Below are positions 39,358 through 51,449 of a stretch of DNA of 64,000 nucleotides, piece by piece; position 1 is the stretch's first letter, and the number at the start of each line of letters is the position of its first letter. The stretch is from NCBI RefSeq assembly GCF_036588685.1, contig NC_086382.1, forward strand, positions 75,206,001-75,270,000, written 5' to 3'. Under the pieces are notes generated by a model. It made no database searches and had not been told where the DNA came from. It saw only the letters and a program-made list of their open reading frames with translations. Made by a program: the position numbers and the translations under genes. Source of the stretch: Mytilus trossulus (taxonomy: Eukaryota).

Positions 39358-42300
39358 AACAAACATGATTTACTTCTGCAAGCCTTTGTTCATGAAATGA
39401 ATTTTCAATCTTATCGATCAGAGAAATCAACTTTTTTTCATCATTCTGGATTGTCAACCTCTCAAATTAATTATATCTTGCACAATGCCACAAATGCTTT
39501 TCTTTAGGACTATAAGATCCATGACCAATGTCATTTCAATACATCAAGCCACATTGCCGTGAGTGCAAAAATGAATGTCAAATCAAAACCACTGAATAAA
39601 GCAATCAAATCAGGCTATATCAGTAAATTCAAACTGCAGTGGAAAGATATAGATAATGAAACATATCATAATCATATCAGTAATGAACTCTCTCAGCATA
39701 ATATTGAAAATCACTCAATAGAAGAAATCATGAACTTTCTATGCAACTGTCTCAAAAAAGCTGCTACAGCTGCTGTACCATCAAAGATCATCAAATTAAA
39801 AGGTCCACATTTCAAAGCATCTCCAACCACTCTTATGCTGCTCAAAACTAGTAAAGAAAAATATCAACTCTGGAAATCTCATGGCAAGAAAAATGATCAT
39901 CTTAAAACAGACAAAATTCTGGCTCAACGAAATCTTCGCAAACAATTCCGAAAGGAACAGTATATGTATAGAACCCAATTCTACAATGAACTAATAGACA
40001 ATCCTAGCAATGATATGTTTCATTATCTCATTCGTCGCAACAGAGGCTCCAAAAATAAAGATGCGATCTGTATAATAGAAAATGGTGAGCACCACTACTC
40101 TGCAAAGGACCAAACAAATAGCTTCTCTAGATACTTTGAGGACTTAGCTGTTCCGAAAGACAACGGTTATGATCCAGAATTTTTAGATCTCTGCAATATC
40201 CGGCATAACATATTTGATGAACTCTGCAAACAAAACAGCGACGAACCACAATTTAGTGCTCAAAATATCTGTGATGCAATCAAACAGCTACATTCTGGCA
40301 AGGCAACAGATGAACTAGGTCTTGCTGCTGAGCATTTTAAAAACTCACCAACAACAGTTACTCATTTTCTTACTAACTGTTTCAATAACATTTTCATCAA
40401 TCATCATATACCTGATATCTTTAAATCTGGTATCGTAACACATGTGCTCAAAAAAGGGAAAAATCCATTATTAATGGACAACTATAGAGGAATTGCCGTT
40501 ACACCTGTCATCTCAAAACTCTTCGAATGTACCATACTACCTCGCTTAACCTTGAATTTTGATCAGTCATCTCTACAGTTCGGCTTCACAAAAGGGTTGT
40601 CGATGGTTATGGCCAGTCGCATTATCACTGAAGCTAGGGCAGAAGTAAAATTAGTCACAATGGAACCTTTATTTCTTATTACTGTGGACAGCCAAAAGGC
40701 CTTCGACGTCGCAGATCACATCATATTATTATATGTGTTATATGACCATACTCAGAATCATTCTCTCTGGTCAATAGTGAAAATGTTTTACTCAGGGCTA
40801 GTTTCAAGAGTCAAATGGAAGAGAAATGTTAGTAACAGCTTTAATATTCATCAGGGAGTCCGACAAGGAGGCATTCTTTCACCTTTTCTATATAAAGTCT
40901 ATGTAAACAATCTGCTTGAGGATCTTAAATCGCACAGTCTTGGTCTTAAAATTGGCACAAATTATGTTGGCTGCCCAACTTGTGCGGACGACATATCCTT
41001 CTTGAGCAATAATCATCAGGAATTACAATGCATGCTCTCTGTTGCAACTCATCATGCCAGACAGTCAAGAGTAACAATAAATCCTACAAAAACTAAAGCT
41101 GTCATCCTCAACAAACCGAAAAAGATAAGCAAGTCCGATTTAAACTGGACCCTAGGCAACACCCTTGTTTATCCATCGGAAGACACAACACATCTTGGCT
41201 TAATAAGAGCAGAATTGAAGGAAAACAATCTAAATATTGATGCACGCATCAGCATTGCCAGACGTACTCTTTACTCTCTAATGAATACTGGTTTACATGG
41301 AACAAATGGACTAAACCCACAGACATCTTACAAGATATATCAGAGCTATGTTATTCCCCGATTGCTATATGGAATGGAAATACTCCCTCTTAACCAATGC
41401 CAACTTGGTATTTTGGCACGCTTTCACACAAAAACATTGCGAAATATTCACTCTCTACCTACACGAACAGCCACTGGATTAGTATTTATGCTGTTGGGAG
41501 CGCTAACAATTGAGGCAGAAATACATAAAAGGCAACTATCATTTCTATACAGTGTTCTCTCATGTAACAATTCAACAATCCAAGGTTTAGTTGACAGACA
41601 AGTCATTATGAATATTGATAACAATCTCAGCTTCTTCTGTAAGGTCACAGGTGTACTAACTGTATACGATCTGCCAAGTATATCTACACTTAGTCAAAAT
41701 TTACCGTCAAAATTAAAATGGAAAGCAACAGTTAAAATAGCAATTCAGGATTATTGGACTAAAACTCTCATTAAAGAAATAGAAACAAAGTCCTCATTAA
41801 CATACTTGGACAAAACCATGTTAAGAATTGGGCATACACATCCGGTTTGGACAAGTCTTTCCTCAACTGTATCAGATGTTAAAAAGGGAGCGATAAAAGT
41901 TCGTCTATTAACTGGGACTTATATTCTTGAATCTCACAGATCTAAATTTAGTGGTGGCAAGGAATCGGCATTATGTAAATGCTGTGGAACATCAGATGAA
42001 GATATAATTCATTTCCTTCTATTGTGTCCGGCTCTACACAAGCAGAGAAAAGAAACATTTAGCAAACTCAAGTCTTATGTGATCTCAGTCATTGGCACGA
42101 AATATTGGTCTGAGAATTTTAAAGGACATTTGGATCTGATAAAACTTATTGTTGACAGCTCTTTTCTGCTGCCAATGCTTAGAAATTGGACTGAACTGGA
42201 CAAAATTCATCGATTGGCTACGGACATGTGTTATAGACTCCATGCTCAGCGTATATGGAAATTACAAGGAAAATAATATCTCTATACTCAAAGATAAATA

Positions 42301-42496
42301 TGTATAGGCAATACATTCAGTGCAATAAGGAAAGATATGAAATGAACATTATGTACATATGTGTATAGGTAGAGGCAGGGTGTCCTGCTTTCCATTGTAT
42401 AAAGCACCCTATATTTTTAGATTTTAGTTGTGTACAGTAAATCTTAGTAAATATTGATAGGGCTTGGATATTTTTACCTTTTATTGCTTTTTACAG

Positions 42497-42822
42497 TGAT
42501 ATTAAGATGATAGCACATTATTGACTGTTGTACCCCTATTTTTGACATTTTTACTCTTCGAGTATGTTTGTTTTGTTCATTCATCGTTGACAATGTAATG
42601 GAATATGATGCGACTGTCATAAAAGTGAGAGGTTTAGCTAGCTATAAAACCAGGTTCAATCCACCATTTTCTACATTAGAAAATGCTTGTACGAAGTCAG
42701 GAATATGACAGTTGTTATCCATTCGTTTTATGTGTTTGGACTTTTGATTTTGCCTTTTGATTTTGCCTTTTGATTTTTGATTTTCCTTTTTGAAAGTTTA
42801 GTATTTTTGTGTTTTTACTTTT
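42497..42822 (+). mobile_element. Interspersed repeat, probably the 3' remainder of the Penelope-like element interrupted at 32786
   Basis: A second copy lies at 10550-10770. The satellite resumes in register right after it. Confidence 0.55.
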
Positions 42823-43592
42823 TCTATAATCTACATCCACCACCATACCAGTGGCTTATAAAGACTAATACCGGTCTATAATCTACATCCACCACCATAC
42901 CCGTGGCTTATAAAGACTAATACCGGTCTATAATCTACGTCCACCACCAAACCCGTGGTTTAGAAATACTAATACCGGTCTATTATCTACATCCACCACC
43001 ATACCCGTGGATTATTAAGTTTAATACCGGTCTATAATCTACGTCCGTCATCATACCCGTGGCTTATAAAGACTAATACCGGTCTATAATCTACATCCAC
43101 CACCATACCCGTGGTTTATAAAGACTAATACCGGTATATAATCTACATCCACCACCATACCCTTGGTTTATAAAGACTAATACCGGTCTATTATCTACAT
43201 CCACCACCATACCCGTGGCTTATAATGACTACTACCGGTCTATAATCTACGTCCACCACCATACCCGTGGTTTATAAAGACTAATACCGGTCTATAATCT
43301 ACATCCACCACCATATCCATGGCTTATAAAGACTAATACCGGTATATAATCTACATCCACCACCATGCCCGTGGTATTTAAGGACTAATACCGGTCTATT
43401 ATCTACATCCACCACCATACCCGTTGTTTATTAAGACTAATACCGGTCTATTATCTACATCCACCACCATACCCGTGGTATATAAAGACTAATACCGGTC
43501 TATAATCTACATCCATCACCATACCCGTGGTGTATAAAGACAAATACCGGCCTTTTATCTACATCCACCACCATACCCATGGTATATAAAGA
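42823..43592. repeat. 52-bp satellite, last block
   Basis: Same unit, about 15 copies. Confidence 0.95.
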
Positions 43593-44217
43593 CATCGGGT
43601 TGGTTGTGAAATTTCTTTTACACGAACGATTTATAACTAGTAGCAGCACTTTTTGAAAAATATGAAATGTGGCCTTTCTATCAATACCAGTATGTAGTGG
43701 GTTGGTATAGCTCTTGCACCTGCATTTTTTAATTACTTTAATGTGTAGATGTACATTGTAATACAACTATTGATTTTCCCCTTCAAGTCTTTGTTAAATT
43801 TGCACTTTTCAAAAAATTGTGCAGAATTGTCTTTGTTTCAAAAGTAAGAAGTACTTGACATGAGTAAAGTTTTATCCTGTCCAGTTCTATAGAAAAATGT
43901 TCTCATAACATTTCATTGCATATAAGAAAAAAAACATCATTGGAAGTAAACCAATCAAAATTCTCCCCTTATTCTATCTGTGCACAAGGTTTAATCACCA
44001 TGTAACCTCAAGATTACAAAATTTTCTATAGAAATCACAAATAAAAATACTGGTGTTTTGAAATACCCAAGACATATGATTATGATACAGAAATAGTTTT
44101 ACTGCAATAAAATGTAGGATTAATTACCTACAACGGTAAAATGCAAGGGAATATATTTTTCGAATTACTTTTGTAAACAACAGGATGTGACATACTATGA
44201 TTTGGTGGTATTACACC

Positions 44218-45359
44218 TAAAGAAGACCTTTTTGTTCAATAAACTGAATGAGATTTTTTTCCTTTGTTATACTGGTTATTTCAAGCATTTATGTCAAGTT
44301 TTGTCATAATCAGTTCAATAGTTTGAGAAAAATCTAGTATATTGAAAGGCGACATCTACAGCGATTCCAGCAAAATTTCTTCGACAAATCCAAACCAAGC
44401 CGCATCAAGATAGAATGTAGTGTGAAACAATAAATGATCAAATATCTATCTTTCTGCCTACACACAGTTGAATATGATACACACGATTATTTGAGGAAGA
44501 TAAATACCACTAATGAACCTCTTTGTCTTCTTTATAAGGTCTCTTTGGGTCAATTTATACCTCTTATTTCCTCAAAATTTCAACTTTTCAGGCAAATAAA
44601 TAAAAATAATGGGGTAACTTTCACTCATTTATGGTAAAAATGTTTACAGTCTCCAAGGAGGTTTCAATAAGTCCTTACGTAAAAATTAAATTTACGCTGC
44701 GTTCAAAAGAGGGACATAAAAGGCTTCTCTTTTAAAGAATAACTTGTCGTTACAACATTAGGAATAATTTCATCTGCTTATAACCATATATTTATTTAAG
44801 TATATTACCTAGGAAAATGTTATATCATTGCAAAATATAAGAAATAACCATCCCCTCCAAAAAAAATGTATATGCACTTAGTATGGCTTGTTCTGTCAAC
44901 TGAATATTCATGGTACAGGCCTATTTCAAGACAATTTTCTCATAAAATGTGTTTTGGAGACTCAATCAACTCAGAGTATTTCATTTTTTGTATTATTTCA
45001 CTTAAATAGCAAAAACATTTTAACACATGAGAATACTCATAAGGCCATAGGTGCATGTACAGCTTCCCATAAAGAAGACCTTTTTGTTCAATAAACTTAA
45101 TGAGACTTTTGTCCTTTGTTATACTGGTTATTTCAAGCATTTCTGCATGTCAAGTTTTGTCATAATCAGTTCTATAGTTTGAGAAAAATCTAGTATATTA
45201 AAAGGCGACATCTACAGCAATTCTAGCAAATTTTTCGACAAATCCAAACCAAGCCGCATCAAGATATAATGGAGTGTGAACCAATAAATGATCAAATATC
45301 TATCTTATCTGCCTACAAACAGTTGAATATGAAACACAAGATGATTTTAGGAAGATAAA
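44218..45359. repeat. ~287-bp direct duplication (44218-44504 and 45070-45359)
   Basis: TAAAGAAGACCTTTTTGTTCAATAAACT...GGAAGATAAA repeated at offset about 852. Confidence 0.85.
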
Positions 45360-45806
45360 ATGTACCCGGTTTGATGAGAAACATAAGTGTAAAATAAAAT
45401 ACATGTGTCGCTTTTATAAGGATGAATATATGAACCACTTTTAACTTCTTTCATACTGACGATAGTATATAATCCTAACAATGTCGTAGTCATTTATAAT
45501 TAAAGTATCTCATAATAGAACCATTACAATGCTATAAAACATACACACAGTAGCTTTAAGTGTGCCATAAACGTCGGAAATTGTCCCCCAAAGATAGAAA
45601 CACAATGACTTTAATCGTATCATTTGTGCACCTGAATGAATTCAGTGAAGGCATGTTGTTGTAATAAATTGAAATGTTACATCGGCAAAGATTATTTCTT
45701 TTGTATGTTTGGAACTAAATAACAAATTATTACTTGTGAGAAATGTCGTAGATTATAGCTCTCCGTTTTTTATATAAGGTTTGGTTTTTACATATTTTGG
45801 CCACGA

Positions 45807-45850
45807 GCATTACTGAAGAGACATGAATTGTCGAAATGCGCATCTGGTGC
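45807..45850 (+). ncRNA. Minimal type I hammerhead ribozyme
   Basis: GCAUUA-CUGAAGA-GACA-ugaau-UGUC-GAAA-U-GCGC-A-UC^UGGUGC; predicted cleavage after 45844. Confidence 0.85.
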
Positions 45851-46082
45851 AGAAAAATTGTTACAGTTAATGTTATTACTACCACGGGTCGATGCCTCTG
45901 GTGGACTTTTAAATTTGCTGTTACAAAATGTTACACATTATTATAAATTAAATAATGTATCTCCCTCATGCAAAGCTCTGATTCCTTTCACAGATTTGGC
46001 TATCCTTTTTGAACCTTTTGGATTATAGCTCTTCATCATTTGTATAAGCTTTGGTTTTTACATCTTTTGGCCACGAGCTCGA

Positions 46083-46126
46083 GCATCACTGAAGAGACAT
46101 GGATTGTCGAAATGCGCATCTGGTGC
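46083..46126 (+). ncRNA. Minimal type I hammerhead ribozyme
   Basis: GCAUCA-CUGAAGA-GACA-uggau-UGUC-GAAA-U-GCGC-A-UC^UGGUGC; predicted cleavage after 46120. Confidence 0.88.
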
Positions 46127-47457
46127 AGAAAAATTGTTACAGTTAATGTTATTATAAGGATTGTTTTACAGTATGCGGTACAGGCTTTACTAATTGTCGA
46201 AAGCCGTACGGTGACTTATAGTTGTTAATTTCTGTGTCATTTTGGTTTCTCGTGGAGAGTTGTCTTAATTGCAATCATACTACATCTTCTTTTTAAAATA
46301 TAAATGTACTGTTTTCGATTTTAAATGGACGACTATTTATCTTTTAATTTTATACTTTAGGAAAAGAGCTGCATAACATTGTTGAGCTATCGTATATGTA
46401 GTATGTATTCGTATTTATAATGAAATACAAAACAAAACGTGTATGATAAACGGATAAACAAAATATCGAGAAATTAAGGATGAATAAATGCAAGTACAAG
46501 AAGAAACTCACCTTTTTATCAATACATTTAAATAATTTAATGAATAAACACTTGTTTTTAAAACGGTTTGTTTCTATTTACATAGATATAGGAAGATGTG
46601 GTGTGAGTGCCAATGATACAACTCTCCATCCAAATAACAATTTGTAAGAGTAAACCATTATAAGTCAAGCTAGGGCCTTCATCACGGATCCTTGGCTCAC
46701 ACTGAACAACAAGCTATAAAGGGCCCCAAAATTACTAGTGCAAAACCATTCAAACGGGTCAACCAACGGTCTTATATTTCCAATATGGAATTTACGTTCG
46801 TTTTTCTACCGAGAATAGCAAAACCTCATGAAATATATCGTTGGAGTTTATAAACTAAATTTAATCCTCACCTGTGCCATGATTGGCCATTTCCGGTTTT
46901 TTTTCTAAAAAAAAAGAAGCGTGGTTGGTTACATGTTATGAATTTACTTACAATTCGGGATTTTTCTTCTTCAAGTAAACGGAATCAGAAAAAAAATCAC
47001 TATTCTATGTCGAATACCTTAAACTTGGCAAAGGATATAAAAGTTTTGCAGTAAAGTACGGTTTCATTTTTCAAGTACAACGTTATTTTAAAGAGTCCAT
47101 TGAGTAAAAGGTAAGGCAGGATAAGAAAATTGGGGGATTCAATGAAAAAAATAATTGTGAATTGATTTTTTTTTATCCTACATTGAACTTTTGATGTCGT
47201 CCTTTGATCTAGAGAAGACATTTAAATTGAATATTTAGATATTAAAAATGTTAAGATTTTTAACTTTAAACTTTACTACCAATTGCATAAAATTATAAAA
47301 CCAATGAATTTCAAATGCACAATTTATAAAAGCTAGAATTGTTATTGGAATCATTTATGCGAATTCACAATGGTAGCTTGAAACGACCTTGACCAGCTAC
47401 GTGAATATTAATCAGTCCATTCAACGTTATAGTACGTGTGTTCTATTTTCTATTTTC

Positions 47458-47770
47458 TAGCCGGAAGTCAAAGTTGGTTACTAGCCCTCGGGGTAAATAT
47501 CGATATAAGCCCTCAAAATCCATACCTAGCCCTCAAATTTGGCTTCCGGTAATCTGTTTTTGGCTTTGTACACCCGTCCACAGTGGGAGTTGTCAGCGGG
47601 TGGGCAACATTTCTAGCGTGTCCACTCTGCCCACCCATAGGAGTGGGCATGTTATTTCTTTTGTATAATCAAAAGACTTGCAAGTACAAACAATTGAAAA
47701 AAGCTGATAAGCAACTAAAGCAATATTTTTACAAAATAAGAGATTATAGCTAAAGTGGGTACGGGTGGGC
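47458..47770. repeat. ~310-bp dispersed repeat, second copy at 50064-50376
   Basis: TAGCCGGAAGTCAAAGTTGGTTACTAGCCCTCGGGGT...GTGGG.ACGGGTGGGC is shared; probably a DNA-transposon end. Confidence 0.8.
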
Positions 47771-47883
47771 CGTCTTTTCTATTGAACAAACATTGAATCG
47801 ATTTTGAATATGAGAAAATAAAATGCATCAATATTTAAAATCAATAGTACGAAGTAGTAGTATATTTTTATCGCATATTACAG

Positions 47884-48180
47884 ATGTTCCAAATGTTACT
47901 ATACCAAATGCGGAATATAGCATATGGAGTGGTTCGGCTATGACTCTAGAATGCATTATTGATTCTATTCCAAATCACACCGATGTATACTGGCAAAAAG
48001 AATCTCATGGTACAGTTATGAATATAACATCGTCTAGTACTAATGTATATGGTGCAACGGTCACTAAACCATCGTTGACCATCACCCACGTAACTACAGA
48101 TGACGAAGGGCAGTATATATGCTTGGCTGTTAATATTGTTGGAACTGGAAAAAGCAACCCCACTTCTGTGAAAGTATTAG
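47884..48180 (+). CDS. Ig-superfamily gene, Ig domain 1 exon
   Basis: ttacag| and G|gtaag; 297 nt, phase 1-1. LEC...VYW...PSLTI...DEGQYIC. Confidence 0.9.
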
Positions 48181-51086
48181 GTAAGATGTTTTATATTTTT
48201 TACAGTGACGAAGCATATTGAACATGTTGAAGCAATTTATTTAATGTTTATGTACCTATATTATGTTAACAGTGATAATACAAAAGTGATAATACAAAAG
48301 TGATAATACAAAATACAACTAAAAGACAACATAGCACAAAACAGATAATAAGACAAGTAAGACTAAGGCACTAGTTTTTGAATTTCTGGCGAAAGATTTT
48401 TTTTTTAGTAAAGACTATTAGATATAACTCTGAATCGATTTATTATTTTTGAACAACGATATGCGACTGTTGCCGTTTATTTTGTCTAAAATATTTTGTT
48501 GATTGTAGAGCTATGGTTATACCAGTACAATTACAATTATCTAATTGATACAAAATTGTGAAATTGATAAATGTTCACCACAATAACATCCCTGTAAAAA
48601 TGAAACACACTAGTTATGTTAATGAAGGTATTTGAATATATGTGGTTAAGAAATCCTCAACTTATTAATACAAATTTCCTGCAATGCAAAGATGAAAATA
48701 ATAATCATAAAAAAAGAAATGTAAAAGATATCCCTTTAGACACAGGCAAGCAGCACAAGTGACAAGGACGAAAGTCATGATCAGAAGAATGCACATATCA
48801 GTCGAAATTCAACTGATGGATGCTGAACTCCTTATGTTTATACTCGTATGAAGCAGAGCTCGCATGAAATCAAAGAAAACATAGACATAATGACGACAAC
48901 CTGTCTCTACGGAAAACACAATACTACAGCAGATAATCATCCCCTCCCCCCATTTACAATTTTACTTCTGATACTTTTTTTCTCTGTAAGTTATGGTTAT
49001 TACACCAAGTCTTTGGCATTGACGATTGTCAACCACACAAGTGCTTTAAAGGCACCTTTTTTCAAAGTGAAATGTAAACCTCCCGATTGCTCGTTCACAT
49101 TTTCACCACACAATAATATTTCATCTTTGTCATGTTATGAGAGGCGATCTAGGTAACCGAGAAAAAACGAAGAGAATTATTAAACAAATGACCACAATAT
49201 AGAATTAATCAGCTCATCAACTATTGACTGATTGATGCAGTCGAGGACTATGCTAATTAAAACACGAACAAATAGAACCAAAACATGACAGTTTGACTGA
49301 ATGGATCAAAAATGTTCGATCAGTCACAAAGAAGCGCATTTAAAAATGTCTTATGATATGAGCAAAATTGTTTTCAACCAATTACTAGTATTACTCGGAG
49401 AATGTTTATCCTTTGCACGAGAAATATGTCTTTGTTCCAGCAGATAAATGATTCAACGATATTGTCTTCGTAAAAAGCCATGTGTTCAATGTATAGCAAA
49501 CGAATTTGGAAAACACAACACATCTGGTCATCTCACATAGCTTTTAACATCATTTACAATGGATGACACTTTACAAAATCAAACATGTGTCCTTATTTCT
49601 TTTGATGTCAACATAAAAAAGTAAATCTACCGTCCTTATACTGGCTACAAATACTTTATGAAACTCCATTTGAAGACTATTGCAAAGATAAAATATTTGT
49701 GCCTGAATTTATTTTCTGAAGTGCTGACTACTATTGCAGAAAAAAACATGGCCATCAACATTATTGTGATGAAATGTTTCAACGAGTGCGGTCAATCTAA
49801 TGGGGATTCTGAAAAAACTTCTTAAGATCTTCCGCTTCACCTTACAATCTCTACAATTGTCAACAGCATTGATACTTTTGATTTTACTTCGCGTTACAAT
49901 ACTATTCCCCATGATCTATTAAAACATAGGCTCCACCATCTCATCAAACAGTGCGTGCTCCTTCTGTTAATATAGTAATCGTGAATACAAATCTCGTTTT
50001 TTGTATATAATTATTCTTATCACACATTTTTCACATATATGCACCTTTATGTGTGGCCAGTAATAGCCGGAAGTCAAAGTTGGTTACTAGCCCTCGGGGT
50101 CAGTATCGATATAAAACCTCGAAATCCATATCTAGTCCTCGAATATGGCTTCCGGTAATCTGTTTTTTGCTTTGTCCACCCGTCCACAGTGGGTGTTGTC
50201 AGCGGTGGGCAACATTTCTAGCCTGTCCACTCTGCCCACCCATAGGAGCGGGCATGCACTTTCGTTTGTTTAATCAACAGACTTGCAAGTACAAACAATC
50301 GAAAAAAGCTGAAAAGCAACTATAATCAATATTTTTACAAAATAAGAGATTAAAGCTAGAGTGGGCACGGGTGGGCTTTCCACGGTGGCCGATGGAAAAA
50401 GCAAAATCCACCCGAGCAGTTGTGTATGCAGTACGTTGTTTGGTAAGATGTTTATCTTTACATAACATAATTCACACTACAATTAACAATGTTTTGATTT
50501 ACATGTTTTACATGATATGGTTTAATATTAACTTGATATATATTTGTTCTTTCTTTCTATTATTTCAATATGTAAGATTAAAACATTAGTTGATGTATCT
50601 GTGGGTTGACATAAAGCATGTATTTCATTAAATGACAAAAACCTTACAACTTTATCATGTTTATCATTTGGCAGTATTGGAATTAGGCAAGAGCCAACAA
50701 TATGAATCTATAAATAAAGTCACACAATTATCTGATTTAAAAAAAATGCCCAAATACATTACTTATGTCAAACATTTACAACGAAACAATGCTTAATCAA
50801 ATGTAACCGGAACTCTTTGGTTCAATAAATCAAAGCAAAGCAAAGAGGACGTTCTTAAAACAAAAGAGAATTGAAAAACAGTATACCTGAGGGCACCCCT
50901 AGATAGAAAACTTCCAAATCATTTCGAAAGAAAGAATGTATTTTTGATATTGATTACAAAATATAAAAAAGCACCTCACCTGAAAATAACCGATGAATTT
51001 ACATGTACAATAAGTTATATTTAGATTTTAAGGGGTAATGTTCAGATGAAATTATATAAACAAATATATGTTTTGTTCATTGACAG

Positions 51087-51449
51087 GCGAGTTAGTAGTC
51101 AACTGTAGCATAACAAACTACACAGAGGTATATGGTTCACAGGTAACACTTCGGTGCAGTGTCACATACGAAACGAAGTTTGGACCTGTACGTGTATATT
51201 GGAATAAATATAACAGCATTGGCGAAGGCAGCATGGGCATTTATGTTCATCCTGCTTTGTATGAATTTGAACATTTTACCATGAACAGACTGTCTGTTGC
51301 AATTCCTGAAAAGAACGGGTTTGTTATGGATCACCATTATTTGACAATACAACGACTTACATTTAAAGATGATGCTTGGTACTATTGTATGGCGCACACT
51401 AATTTCTCGGTGGGAAGTAGCCCACCAATTGACCTAACAATCATTGCAA
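51087..51449 (+). CDS. Ig domain 2 exon (long, V-set-like)
   Basis: tgacag| and A|gtaagt; 363 nt. LRC...VYW...LTI...DDAWYYC. Confidence 0.85.

Larger units (their letters stand above)
36890..42276 (+). pseudogene. LINE ORF2 (AP endonuclease plus RT plus C-terminal zinc finger), split by a nested CR1
   Basis: APE motifs ICIQEHWL, GGVAI, VYMP, IGDCN. RT motifs NYRGI, QFGF, GVRQGGILSP, CADD. C-terminal CKCC...HFLLLC. Confidence 0.9.
32787..42491 (+). mobile_element. Near full-length RTEX-like non-LTR retrotransposon with three ORFs
   Basis: 5' UTR with AAAATGGCCGCC (~32991), then esterase ORF, PHD ORF and APE-RT ORF. Boundaries are tentative, set by the TACAG direct repeat (32782-32786, 42492-42496). 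Clade call is from architecture only. Confidence 0.65.
45751..46154 (+). mobile_element. Retrozyme-like tandem repeat with two hammerheads 276 nt apart
   Basis: GATTATAGCTCT...CAGTTAATGTTATTA is repeated (45751-45877, 46021-46154), and each copy carries a hammerhead. Confidence 0.8.

Noticed and set aside
49200-49960. Decayed transposase on the minus strand
   Set aside because: It looks coding-like, but I found no identifiable motif or matching TIR pair.
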